Part shown: positions 1-10,610 of the stretch, one piece after another | How positions within the stretch are numbered: the first letter of the stretch is position 1 | How the letters are laid out: each line of letters begins with the position of its first letter | Source: Podarcis muralis | Lineage: Eukaryota | Assembly: GCF_964188315.1 (NCBI RefSeq) | Contig: NC_135656.1 | Location: 29,636,001-29,700,000 of the forward strand | Direction: 5' to 3' | Length of the DNA stretch: 64,000 nt | Position numbers and translations under genes: made by a program | Notes under the pieces: model-generated | The model's input: only the letters and a program-made list of their open reading frames with translations | What the model was told of the DNA's origin: nothing | Database searches by the model: none

Positions 1-48
1 ATCAATAAAAATAAATATATACATAAATGAAGGACCTACCCACGTGAT

Positions 49-417
49 AAAGGTAAAGGTAAAGGTACCCCTGCCCGTACGGGCCAGTCGTGTCCGACTC
101 TAGGGTTGTGCGCCCATCTCACTTAAGAGGCCGGGGGCCAGCGCTGTCTGGAGACACTTCCGGGTCACGTAGCCAGCGTGATGAAGCTGCTCTGGCGAGC
201 CAGCACCAGCGCAGCACACGGAAACGCCGTTTACCTTCCCGCTATAAAGCGGTACCTATTTATCTACTTGCACTTAGGAGTGCTTTCGAACTGCTAGGTG
301 GGCAGGAGCTGGGACCGAAAGACGGGAGCTCACCCTGCCGCGGGGATTCGAACCGCCGACCATGCGATCGGCAAGCCCTAGGCGCTGAGGTTTTACCCAC
401 AGCGCCACCCGCGTCCC
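49..417 (-). mobile_element. Sauria SINE (subtype A)
   Basis: tRNA-like head with A box TGGCGCTGTGG and B box GGTTCGAATCC, Bov-B-like 3' end, (ACCTTT)n tail. Confidence 0.9.
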
Positions 418-916
418 AACCACATGATGGTGAGACACAAATCCCTACACTAACCATAGGCAACAGAATGAAAGAACAATACCCCCATTTCTCTCCCCAC
501 CTCTTCCTTTCCCCCACCCCCAACTGCAAGATGTCTATGACAAAATTGTCTCTCACTAAATGTAAATGAACTGTGAAAAAGACTATGAATGGAAAGAGGT
601 TGGGATCACACTTGTCAGGCATTTCCTTTGCTAGTATCTGTTCAGTCCTGCAGCTCTGTACAGCAAGGCCCTGAAGGAAGCGTCTGGGGCAGGAGTAGCC
701 TGGGTGGAATTCTCACTTGCAGGGATCATGCCACGCAAAGAGGAGTGACTTCCCTTTTGGGGCCACTTCACTATGCGTAAAACGCATTATAATTACCCGT
801 AAGACCGTTCTCAGGTGCATGCAACAAATGCATGTCTATGCACACACGTCAGGAATCCAAGATTGGCTGTGGTTCCCTGACACAGTGCATGTTGATCAGT
901 GCATCCCTTCTAATGG

Positions 917-917
<1 letters not shown>

Positions 918-965
<48 letters not shown>
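918..965. repeat. (CA)n microsatellite
   Basis: Direct inspection. Confidence 0.95.
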
Positions 966-967
<2 letters not shown>

Positions 968-1150
968 ACATAGTTGGAACTGGAACTGCAGTGCAGAGAA
1001 ACCAGCAAAATCTCCTACAATTCCTACAAGAGGCTCACTTGATGTACGATTCATAGAAAGCTTCCTTACACTGAGCCAGAGAATTGGTCCCTCTAGTTTG
1101 TTTATAACACTGGCTGGCAGCAGCTCTCCAGGGTTTCAAACAGGGATATA

Positions 1151-1319
1151 CCGTATTTTTTGCTCCATAACACGCACCCGACCATAACACGCACGTAGTT
1201 TTTAGAGGAGGAAAATCCATAGGCATGCCACCCATAGGCATTTCCTCCATAACACGCACAGACATTTCCCCTTACTTTCTAGGAGGAAAAAAGCGAGTGT
1301 TATGGTGCAAAAAATACGG
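1151..1319. mobile_element. Tc1/mariner-type MITE
   Basis: TA-flanked; TIR ccgtattttttgc..gcaaaaaatacgg. Confidence 0.75.
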
Positions 1320-1461
1320 TATATATCCTAGCCCTTCCTGGAAATGTTGGGGGTTCACCCTGGGCCCCCCCTGCATTCAAAGCAGATGCTCCGCCACTGA
1401 TCTACGAACCCTCCCGATGGCTGTCCGGAACGTGAGCTCAGAATTGCTATCCCGGACTTAC

Positions 1462-1574
1462 CTGTTCCTTGTGCAGCTCATCATTGGCCAGACCATCAAC
1501 CTGCAGGAGGTTTTTGGCTACACCAACACAGGGGAGGCCTGTGAGCACACCGAGATGGCAGGCAATGCCAAAGC
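1462..1574 (-). CDS. ENDOV: ENDOV exon 5
   Basis: FGIACHLGVLTGLPCVGVAKNLLQVDGLANDELHKEQ|gtaagt; 113 nt. Confidence 0.95.
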
Positions 1575-2863
1575 CTGCCGAAGGAAAAGTGGGAAGAAGA
1601 CGCTGAAGCAAAGAAGGCAGGGAGAGAGCTTTCCGACTTGCTGTGGGTCTCTTTATGAGGGTGCGAGATCCAAACTGCCAAAGGAAAGCCTGCCAAAGGA
1701 AAGCTAAAGCACGCCAGAAGAGGCAAGCCCACAAACTTTTGCGAGGAGCTGGACCGAGGGTCAGCATCAACAGGGTACCTGTGGAGGCCCCCACCCAGTT
1801 GTGGGGCTGGTGCTCCTTTCCCATCTTCCTGCTGCTCCTTCACCTGCTCTCCTCAAGCATGCAAGCAGTGATAAGAGAAGCCTTTGGGAGGAGGGGGTCC
1901 AGAGGGAAAGGGTGAGTGAGGGGACAGTGGCAAGGAATGTCTTGTGACAAAGACACATGAGAGCAGAAGCAGCAAGGCAGGTTGGGAAGTGCTGGGACTG
2001 CACAATCATTTGGGCCTACTAAAGTTATTCAGGCCTAACTGCTAACTGTTGAGTCTGACATGTGACTCATTCTCCTTATAAGTAGAAGAAGAAGAAGAAG
2101 AAGAGTTTGGATTTGATATCCCGCTTTATCACTACCCAAAGGAGTCTCAAAGCGGCTAACATTCTCCTTTCCCTTCCTCCCCCACAACAAACACTCTGTG
2201 AGGTGAGTGGGGCTGAGAGACTTCAGAGAAGTGTGACTGGCCCAAGGTCACCCAGCAGCTGCATGTGGAGGAGCGGAGACACGAACCCGGTTCCCCAGAA
2301 TACCAGACTACCGCTCTTAACCACTACACCACACTGGCTAGTAGCAGCCATTTTCTCTCTGTGTTCTCAGTAAGATTTCATTCAGAGTCAGTCTGCCTCA
2401 GTTGTGAGCAGATTCAGTATGTAATCTCAGTAAAACTGTCTGGAACCATGTTGTTTATGAAGAAGTTTATTTTAACTCAGTAAATCTCTTATTCTTTCAC
2501 TTTAAAACTCTGCATTTTTTATTTACGGTGCGCGTCAAGGAAGTGGTCTGCCCGCTTTGAGTGGGGTGTTTGTGTGAGAGAGGGTGTAAACTGAGGGCGT
2601 CTTTCCCAAGGGCACTGTAAAAGATGGGAGCCAGCACTGGAGAGAAGCTCCCCATGCTGGCATCTCTAGAATTCCCAGGCGCAATGAAAGACCAACCAAA
2701 TATGGAAGGGAAATCCAATTGTTGCTAGACTAAAAAGCCAATTCAAGAGTCTTACCTCTGTGGTGGAGAATGCCATTTCCATCTACGAGTAGAACCTAGA
2801 AAAGCCACAAAGAGGGACGTAAGTGACAGGTGGTGTAGAATGGGAGACATCTGCAATAACTGA

Positions 2864-2942
<79 letters not shown>

Positions 2943-5900
2943 CACCCACATATTCACACCATTTCCCCCCAATGCTGAAAGAGATGAGATGCAATCACAG
3001 AGTCATACCCCAGGAATGCCTCATTGAGGATGTAGAGCTGAGGGGTAGGAAGTGAGCAATGTACACAATTCCCTCACCTCAAGTTCAGAAGGAACATGTG
3101 GCAGAGTGCCTGTTCCTCAGGCCTCACCATCCTTTTGGTTCCAAATATTCATCTCCAGTCTTACCTCTTTTGTGAGGGAATTCCCGTAGCACTTGTGGAT
3201 GACTCCACCCACGCCGTTTTAGAGATCACCTGGATCCCTTCGGCATGTGCTCAGAGATGCAGCAGCTCCTTGCTTCATGATTCAATGGGAAGTGTAGCAG
3301 GAGAAATGTGCTGAGCAGGTAAACAGACAGGTGTGGGTGGCAGTGGCACCTGGCTGGCTACTGCTGCGAAGCTCATATCTAGCAAAGCTCGCTTAAGTCC
3401 CACTGACTTCACTGTGTTGACTGCAAAAGCATGATTAAGTCTGGATCCAAATTTTAAAAAGCAACTTTTTTAAAAAAACAACAACTTGTTTTTTAAAAAA
3501 AGCAACTTGTTTTTTTAAAAAAAGATTACAACAACTCAGCAATATAAAAGGAAACTTAACCAAATATTAAAACAGGAGCATGTAAAATCAAAACAGAGCA
3601 ACAGACTAAATCAGAAGCAACAAATCTGGATTTAGCAATCTGAATTCATTTATAGATGCCGTATAAATAAGCATAGGTGGCATCTCTCTCTTTTTGCACA
3701 GATGCCTTGTGGGGCTGGTAGCCTGGTGAGCTCTCCTGTGAAGCAGATGTTCGCACAAAACTGTTATGCAGAAAAGATGTCCTTAGTGGCAATTTCCCAC
3801 AAAGGAAAGAGAAAAGCAGCTGCTGATACCAATAGGGAACCTTCCACGTTCAGAACCAGTATGCTACCTGCTTAGAAGACATTTCAGCATGTAAGTAATA
3901 TATAAATTAATTGGCATGATGATGATGATGATGATAGAATATCAGCTTCTGGGGAGCCACAGTAGGAGAGGGCTGTTGCTTTCTAGCCCTACTTGTGAGC
4001 TTGTTGGAGGGATCTGGTTGGCCACTGCAGGAAAGAAAGTATCCTGGACTAGATGGACTCTTGGTCTGATTGAGCAGAGGGCGGGAAATATCATACCTGG
4101 GGCCTGAGACCAGGCTCTTTTCGCTCTAGCCGCTGCAGGGCCTCCACAAGAAAAGGGACTTCTCTGAAGGCCAGGAAACCTGCCACGTATGGGGCATTCA
4201 CAGCTACCATGCAACAGTCTTCATACAGGACCTAAAAAGATTGAGGGAGAATGCAGAGTGAAATATTTCCTTGTGGAGTAACTCACTCAGCAGAATGAGC
4301 AAGAGTGGCTGACCACATTCTCAAGCAAGTGAAGTAATATACACACATTACCATCTTAACATCATCATAAGAGTCTATAGCAGGCAGAGGCAAACTCGGC
4401 CCTCCAGATGTTTTCGGAGTACAACTCCGATCATTCCTAGCTAACAGGACCAGTGGTCAGGGATGATAGGAACTGTAGTCCCAAAACATCTGCAGGGCCG
4501 AGTTTGCCTATGTCTGGCCTATAGTGATCAAGCGATCATAATTTGGCAGAAACTCCCCAAACTCACATGTCTTGTTGAATTACTCCTGAACTGCTGCCAT
4601 AATCTTATCCTCAGCCTTTCAATGTTTGGAAACAAACAGATCTACTAATTTAAAGTTACTCAGGCAGCAACTAAGAATACTGTAACATTTGACATTTATT
4701 ATCCTTTCTATGCTAGCTCTACCAGAACTCAAAGAGCCCTTCCTTCTGTTGTCAGCTTTAGAACCTGGGAGATCTATGATGGTTACCTCAAGGTCTGGGT
4801 AGCTGAGCACCACCAGTGAAGCACAGGCACTTGTGTCATCTTCTTTGATGTAAGACAGGTCCGCTCCTCCAACTCTCTCCAGTCCAGCAAAGGAGGGGTT
4901 GCTTTGCCACTCTTGGGTGTCCTGCTCAATTACCTCTGCCTTCAGCTGTGCTTGATCACTATGAAACATAATAGAACTAGGTAGCATCTGTTTGTTTCCA
5001 GCACCAGAACAGGCCAGGGACAGGCAATTTTCAATGTGTTGGAGGAGTATGATAGAAGCATCATTGCTCAGTTATCCCTTGATTGTCTCTGGTTCAAAGG
5101 TTCTGCAGGTTTTTGTAGCCTTTTGAAATCCTGCACAATCTGTTCAACCCTAAGATAGTGGAGGGACAATAAATGTATACACCAATGATGCCTCCACCAT
5201 ACAAATTAGCTCTTTTAAAAAAACTCAAACATCTTCCCCGTCTCCAGACTAATAAGACTAATAATATACAGCACAGGAGACCTTTGTTGACCCAGAATGC
5301 TTATGAAACCAACTCATTTTGCTTCAACACATGTGTCTTTCCACAAATACAAGAACATCTCTCTCCAACCCCCGCAAACAAATTAAGGACTAAAGGATAC
5401 CTTTATCTTTTTATTGTGTGGGAGGGAGATGGTGGGAGACAGTGGTCTGCTTTTGTTGTTTTCCATCTCAGGGAATGCATATTGACATTTGGAACAACAC
5501 ATAAGCAGACAAACCATTCTGCTTTCAAATATATATATATTCGTACCTTTCACTGCAAATTTACTATCTGGAGTCAATCCTCCAAAGTTTCTCCACCCGC
5601 TGTCTCACCATTGACCCTGCAAAGCCAAATTCAGGGCTGTGAAACCTTTGGCGCTCCAATGCTGTTGTACTCCAATTCCCATCAACCCCCAGCCAGTACA
5701 GCCAATTGCTAGGCTTGATGGGAGTTGTAATCCAGCCCAAAGGTATCAGATTTAGGAAAACTGGCAAGATTAGGTAACCTGAACTTTTTGCCCTACGGAG
5801 TGTTGTTAAACACAGCTGTCCAAACCCAACCAACTTCTTTTGGTAAGGTTTATCAGGCACCTTGTTACTTTTATTCAGCCCAACAGCAAGAGGCACTAAT

Positions 5901-6543
5901 CCTGCAATTCATTTGCCTGGGGAATCAGACCAATTTAAGTCAGTGGGTCCTGCTGCCAAAGGGACACGTGTAGGACTGCACTGCAGGAGTGGGCTGTTTA
6001 TTGACCAGCAAAGCTAGCGCCGCTAAGGCTCAAATCCTAAGCAGGCTCGCTCGGAATCGATGGCGCTGGCTTCCCAGTAAACCAACCAGCTTCTGGTCGC
6101 GCTGTTAAGGTTTTTACTCCTCGGGGCGAGAAGGTGCTTTGCTGCTGCTGCTAGGCGAGAAACGTTGACTAGTTCCTGGCTCCCAAACGCAACGGTCCCT
6201 TGAGGCACTGCAGCGTTAGGAAAGGGATTTTATAACCATGCAAAAGGGAGCTGAAAACGACGTGCGCCTGGGCAGTCCGGGTGGCGCGCTTCTCGCCGGG
6301 AGACAATTAGGTAAGCCTGTGAAATAGCAAGGACTGCAGCAGTAAGACCAGGAGGTGGCGCACGAGCGAGCCGCAGCCTCAGCCGCCCGGAAAGCACAAT
6401 GCAAATCCCGCAGCCCCCAGCGATAGCGCGCTCCCGCTTGCCGCCTTGGAAGAGAGACTTGACGTCTCCGCTGCAGTTTACCGTTCCCAGGCGCGCAACG
6501 TCTCCTCCGCCACCCGCGCCTCGGATTTGGCCCTGTCCGCCAT
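1462..6543 (-). CDS. ENDOV: ENDOV endonuclease V (inosine-specific RNase), exons 1-5; 3'-partial
   Basis: Five GT-AG exons in phase encode MADRAKSE..GGADLSY..APYVAGFLAFREVP..VLLVDGNGILHHRGFGIACHLGVL; catalytic Asp/Glu/Asp and the PY wedge motif are present. Confidence 0.95.
2085..2339 (-). mobile_element. tRNA-derived squamate SINE (Squam-type) with (TTC)n tail
   Basis: Minus-strand head agccagtgtggtgtagtggttaagagc with A box and GGTTCG B box; second copy at 13941-14192. Confidence 0.75.
2756..2795 (-). CDS. ENDOV: ENDOV exon 4
   Basis: VLLVDGNGILHHR G|gtaaga; 40 nt. Confidence 0.95.
2866..2938. repeat. Compound (GT)n(GA)n microsatellite
   Basis: Direct inspection; ~70 nt upstream of the ENDOV exon 4 acceptor. 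Confidence 0.95.
4097..4231 (-). CDS. ENDOV: ENDOV exon 3
   Basis: VLYEDC..APYVAGFLAFREVPFL..GLRPQ|gtatga; 135 nt. Confidence 0.95.
4381..4516. mobile_element. Palindromic hAT-type MITE
   Basis: caggcagaggcaaactcggcc..ggccgagtttgcctatgtctg; 8-bp TSD gtctatag / gcctatag. Confidence 0.8.
4787..4958 (-). CDS. ENDOV: ENDOV exon 2
   Basis: DQAQLKAEV..VGGADLSYIK..SLVVLSYPDLE|gtaacc; 172 nt. Confidence 0.95.
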
Positions 6544-6720
6544 TCCAAGCCGGAGCTCCCGCCTTACTACTTCCTGGGCTGCCCCTGCACTGATCACGCC
6601 CCCACCGAGCGGACCCAAGGGCGCTCGCTCTCCCTGCACTGCAGTTCAGTGATGGAAAGGGGCGCACGCCTCCTGGGACAGGGAAAGGCGCGCCTTAGGG
6701 TTGGAAAGGGCAAGTTCTGC
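6020..6720 (-). promoter_or_regulatory. CpG island / ENDOV promoter and exon 1
   Basis: The clearest extended non-repeat GC- and CpG-rich stretch in the window; spans the ENDOV ATG. Confidence 0.75.
6482..6543 (-). CDS. ENDOV: ENDOV exon 1 (coding part)
   Basis: ATG GCG GAC..MADRAKSEARVAEETLRAWE CG|gtaaac; lies in the CpG island. Confidence 0.85.
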
Positions 6721-6807
6721 TGATTGGGTTGCCACCTTTGTTGTGGAAAAATACAGGGCATGGCAAGGAGGTTGGCCTTTGAAGTCACCCCCCAAGTGAC
6801 TTCAAAG

Positions 6808-7463
6808 CAGTGCCGGATTTATGTATAAGCTAAGCAAGCTATAGCATAGGGTCCCACTCTCTTGGGGGCCCTAGAAAAAATTAAAGGGGAAAACCCCTCT
6901 AAATTTACATTTCCGAAATATAAGATAAAAAATAAATAAAATAAAACCTACATACAGCAACAGCGTTTTGTGTTGTGTAGGCTCCTATGATGTAAGTAAT
7001 GGGCCCCGCCTGCTAGCCTGCTCCCTAAAATATCCCTGGTTTGCTCATTTCTTTATATAGGGTGCCTACATTCTGCATGGACTGGTTGCATGGCAATACA
7101 GTGGTACCTCAGGTTACAAACGCTTCAGGTTACAGACTCTGCTAACCCAGAAATAGTACCTTGGGTTAAGAACTTTGCTTCAGGATGAAAACGGAAATCA
7201 CGTGGTGGCGGCGTGGGAGGCCCCATTAGCTAAAGTGGTACCTCAGGTTAAGAACGGACTTCCAGAACGAATTAAGTTCTTAACCAGAGATACAACTGTA
7301 TGTGCAAATGGCTTTAGATACCTATTAGGTCCATCAATTACCATATAGCATAAATTCAACACAAAAAACAGCAATAATTTGTTGACAAAGGGCAGCTGGA
7401 CACATAAAGGGCCCCATTACCTTTCAATAGCTTAGGGCCTCATCAAACCTAAATCTGTCCCTG
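6808..7463. mobile_element. Non-autonomous hAT element in ENDOV upstream region, with nested mariner-type MITE
   Basis: Perfect 8-bp TSD cttcaaag at 6800-6807 and 7464-7471; imperfect 14-bp TIR cagtgccggattta / taaatctgtccctg. Confidence 0.78.
7099..7298 (+). mobile_element. Tigger/pogo-like MITE (CAGTGGTACCTC family)
   Basis: TA TSD; homologous to 41162-41376 and 60393-60618. Confidence 0.82.
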
Positions 7464-8448
7464 CTTCAAAGCAACCCATTACAATCTATTGCAGCCTAAC
7501 AGGATTGCCCCTCTGGAATTTCTGTGTCTGCCACACACACAAATTTGTAACACTGTCTATGCCCAGAGCTTCTGTTGTAAAAATACTGAATTGCTCCCTT
7601 CCCTGTAGGAGGTGCATGCAAGGAGCCCGTATAGAGATCACTGAGGCTCCCTATCTGTTGGAGAATGAACAGAGACCAACCAAAGATAGGATGAAGCAAA
7701 GCGGCTAGTAAACTTGATCTTTATTGTCAGGAAAACGAGCTGTTAAAACAGGGTCCTCGCTCGCAAACGTGCAGGATGGAGAACCCCGAACAAAAGGAAA
7801 CACACACATACATAGTTCTCATTGCATACTTCCTACAGGGAAGGTAGCAGTTCAATATTTTTACACTTCCCAGACTGAGCCAGGGCAGATGGGAGCGGGA
7901 AGTCTAACTGGAAGACTGCAGGTTCCCCACCACTAGGCTGGACGCAGCAATATGAAATTTATTTCCAAAAGATGCTTGATCATTCTAGAAACTATCTGTT
8001 GAATATCTGGAGCAACTGCAAAAACCCTATACATGAGGAAAGATGGCAATGATAAGCCTTAGCACTGCACAACAAGCAAAGCACCCATCATTATAATCTT
8101 GCCTTTCCTTTGAAACCCAGCTCCAAAATAAATGAATCTTTAGGTCACTGAATTTATAGTTTTCATGCTGAGCAGATAATCAACTGATAATGTATTGAAG
8201 AGATGTCCCTCTTCTGTGTAGAAAAGCATCTCAGACCTACCGTATTAATAATTGGGAAACGCTTATGCTGATTTGCTTTTGAATTGCAAGTTTATAGAAA
8301 ACCTCACCCCTGCCAAACCAAGAAATAATGGTGTAAGTAGAGATCTGCTGTAAGTAGCAAGGAACACAATCAACTTTCCAGACTGAATTCATCATGATAG
8401 CAAAATTTCAAGACAGTTAAACACAATACAAGTCTTGTATAGCCATTT

Positions 8449-8454
8449 TTTATT
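8449..8454 (-). terminator. Candidate distal RNF213 polyA signal (AATAAA)
   Basis: tttatt on +; GU/U-rich element downstream on - (cttgtattgtgtttaactgtctt); implies a ~2-kb 3'UTR. Confidence 0.45.
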
Positions 8455-10210
8455 AAAAGGAGGAGAAAAAATACAAAATAATTTTTAAACATTTGTTGGT
8501 TATGGTCCCCCAACTCAGTATACTCGTAAACAAAGCCACAGTTTACTGTTTCGCCAGTACAGTGCTAATTTTATCACAGCCAAATGTATCATCCACAAGG
8601 AGAATAATGGATTTTGTTCCTTCACTGTGTCCTGTCCCTTGTATTCTTGTTTGGAAATAGAGCAAGTGTAAGCAACTCAGCCCCAGACTCAGAACTTTCT
8701 AGTAATAAGGTAACTACTTAAATAACAATCAGCTGGGTCAGCAGTGACTCATAAACTGTATTTAGTACCCAGTGTAGATTATCAATAGAATATGCATGCT
8801 GAACAGGTCAAGTTTAGGGAAGTTATGCAGATGGCCAGAAATGCAAGTACTCAGAATATGTGAAATGAGCTTTTGATAGCCCTTTAAGAAAAAGTTCAGT
8901 GAACTGAAGTATGTGTAAGCACATGTGGTATGATTGCCTATTAAGAACCCTGTTATTTATAAAGCACATAAAATTTAGAGCACCAGCAGAACTTGGCTAG
9001 TATCATTTATAGCAGTGGCAGATACTACTTTACTTTCACCCTGAGAAATTCCTCCCAAAAATATTTTGGGTTGTCGTTGTCATCCGCCTGTCAAGACAAT
9101 AATATTTTGGGAAAGATGCTTTAAAATCCACATGAATACAGTTCAACAGAAATTTGAAAAAGTTCCTTCAATTAATGGTGCACCAGTTCACACAGGAGTA
9201 AGTGGTATTTTCTTCCTCCTTCAATAAATCTTAATCACTTCCACAGAATCTCCTCCTTTTGTTGTTTTAATGAGGCACAGCATCTCAAGCTGCTAAATGT
9301 GCTGTATACAGCTGACAGTTTAAGCATAACATTATTTAAATGAAATAAAATAGCTATCTTATTTTTGAAAGCATCCTAGTTGGTCCAACAAATTCAACAC
9401 TGTTTCCTTCATGAAGCTGATCAGAGAAATGTGCTTGAGCTATTTTTCGGCCCAAACAGAAATTAAGACGGCATAGTTAATCATGATCACAGTTGCAAAT
9501 TTAACATCAGCAGCAAATCAGTTGTTATATTCAAAGCACTAACATCAACTAGAATATCTAAGTCGTTGAGGTCAAAGAAAGGAAAACCAAGTTTATGCAT
9601 ACAAGGGTCCAGCTGCGAAACAAGCAGATTTTGACACTCATGTGACTATGAAGAAGGCTGCCTAAGTGAGTGAATATACCTATTCACAATGGCCAACAAC
9701 AGGCAGGTTAGGCAACCTTGACTGGCTGCTTCTTGTGTAGGCAGTGACGTCAAGCTAGTTCTGACTCTGTGCCTGCTGAATGGCTTTAAGAAAGCCACCT
9801 GGAAAACTTCCTTGACCAAGCTTTGACAATTTTTGTTTGGGTGCCCTGATCCAAAGACTAACAGACACACTATGGCAAAATAAAAGTTACAAACAAACGA
9901 TGCCTCTAGTAGTAGAGAAGGCAGCTTTGGTAGCACTTAGGAAGACTAAGAAAAAACCTGAGGGAAAGAGGATTGGTTCCTTGTATCTTGCCGACCTGAG
10001 TGACTTAAGGGGAAAGAGACATCCCACAGAAAGGGGACACACAGCCCCTGCTCTATAGCCTCATACTGACCATTTATACCTTGGTTTTTTTAAGGACCTG
10101 TGTTGCAAGCCACTAAACTTGCCACTGAAAAGGTCTTTTTGCCTTCCTCTGAATGTGGCTTGCATCTTTCAGCTTGTGCTCTACTGGGGTTACTGGGAAT
10201 AAATAGCATT

Positions 10211-10261
10211 TTTATTTTGGCTTCTATGGCTTAAATTAAGATTTACACATTATAGTTTATT
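10211..10261 (-). terminator. Candidate proximal RNF213 polyA signals (two AATAAA)
   Basis: tttatt at 10211-10216 and 10256-10261, 200-250 nt after the stop. Confidence 0.35.
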
Positions 10262-10456
10262 CTTAATATCACGCAGCGACACTTCCCATTAGGAACTCCT
10301 TCAGCAATGAAATTTGTTTTTTTTATCCAAAAGGTGCTTTTCATTTTTGCTATGTGCAAGAAAAGCAGCACCTAAATCCAGTGCTTTGCTTTCCTGGAAT
10401 TTTTTTTCCAGAAAGTGGCTTGGCCAAGAAGAGAGGAAGCAGCACAGTGTCTGCAT

Positions 10457-10610
10457 TTAACCAAGCCTTCGGTCTCGTTTAAGAGCGGCAGCCACTTTCC
10501 AGACAGCGATACACTGGGAGAGCAGGATCTCTTCTGGGAATGTATCCTCTAGTTCTTCTGGTATGTTGCTCCCTTTCGTTTCAAGGTATGGAACAAGTGT
10601 GTCCTTAAGG
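10457..10610 (-). CDS. RNF213: RNF213 last coding exon ~68
   Basis: LKDTLVPYLETK..FPEEILLSQCIAVWKVAAALKRDRRLG, TAA at 10459-10457. Confidence 0.94.

Noticed and set aside
90-569. Recurrent ORFs such as MSDSRVVRPSH.. and MASVTSCIWRAS.. (also near 25.7, 33.8, 43.4 and 45.4 kb)
   Set aside because: Translations of Sauria SINE copies, not genes
717-1187. 156-aa ORF containing poly-TH
   Set aside because: Product of the (CA)n microsatellite
420-1450. Search for ENDOV exon 6
   Set aside because: No frame matched the expected peptide with splice sites; it presumably lies beyond the left edge
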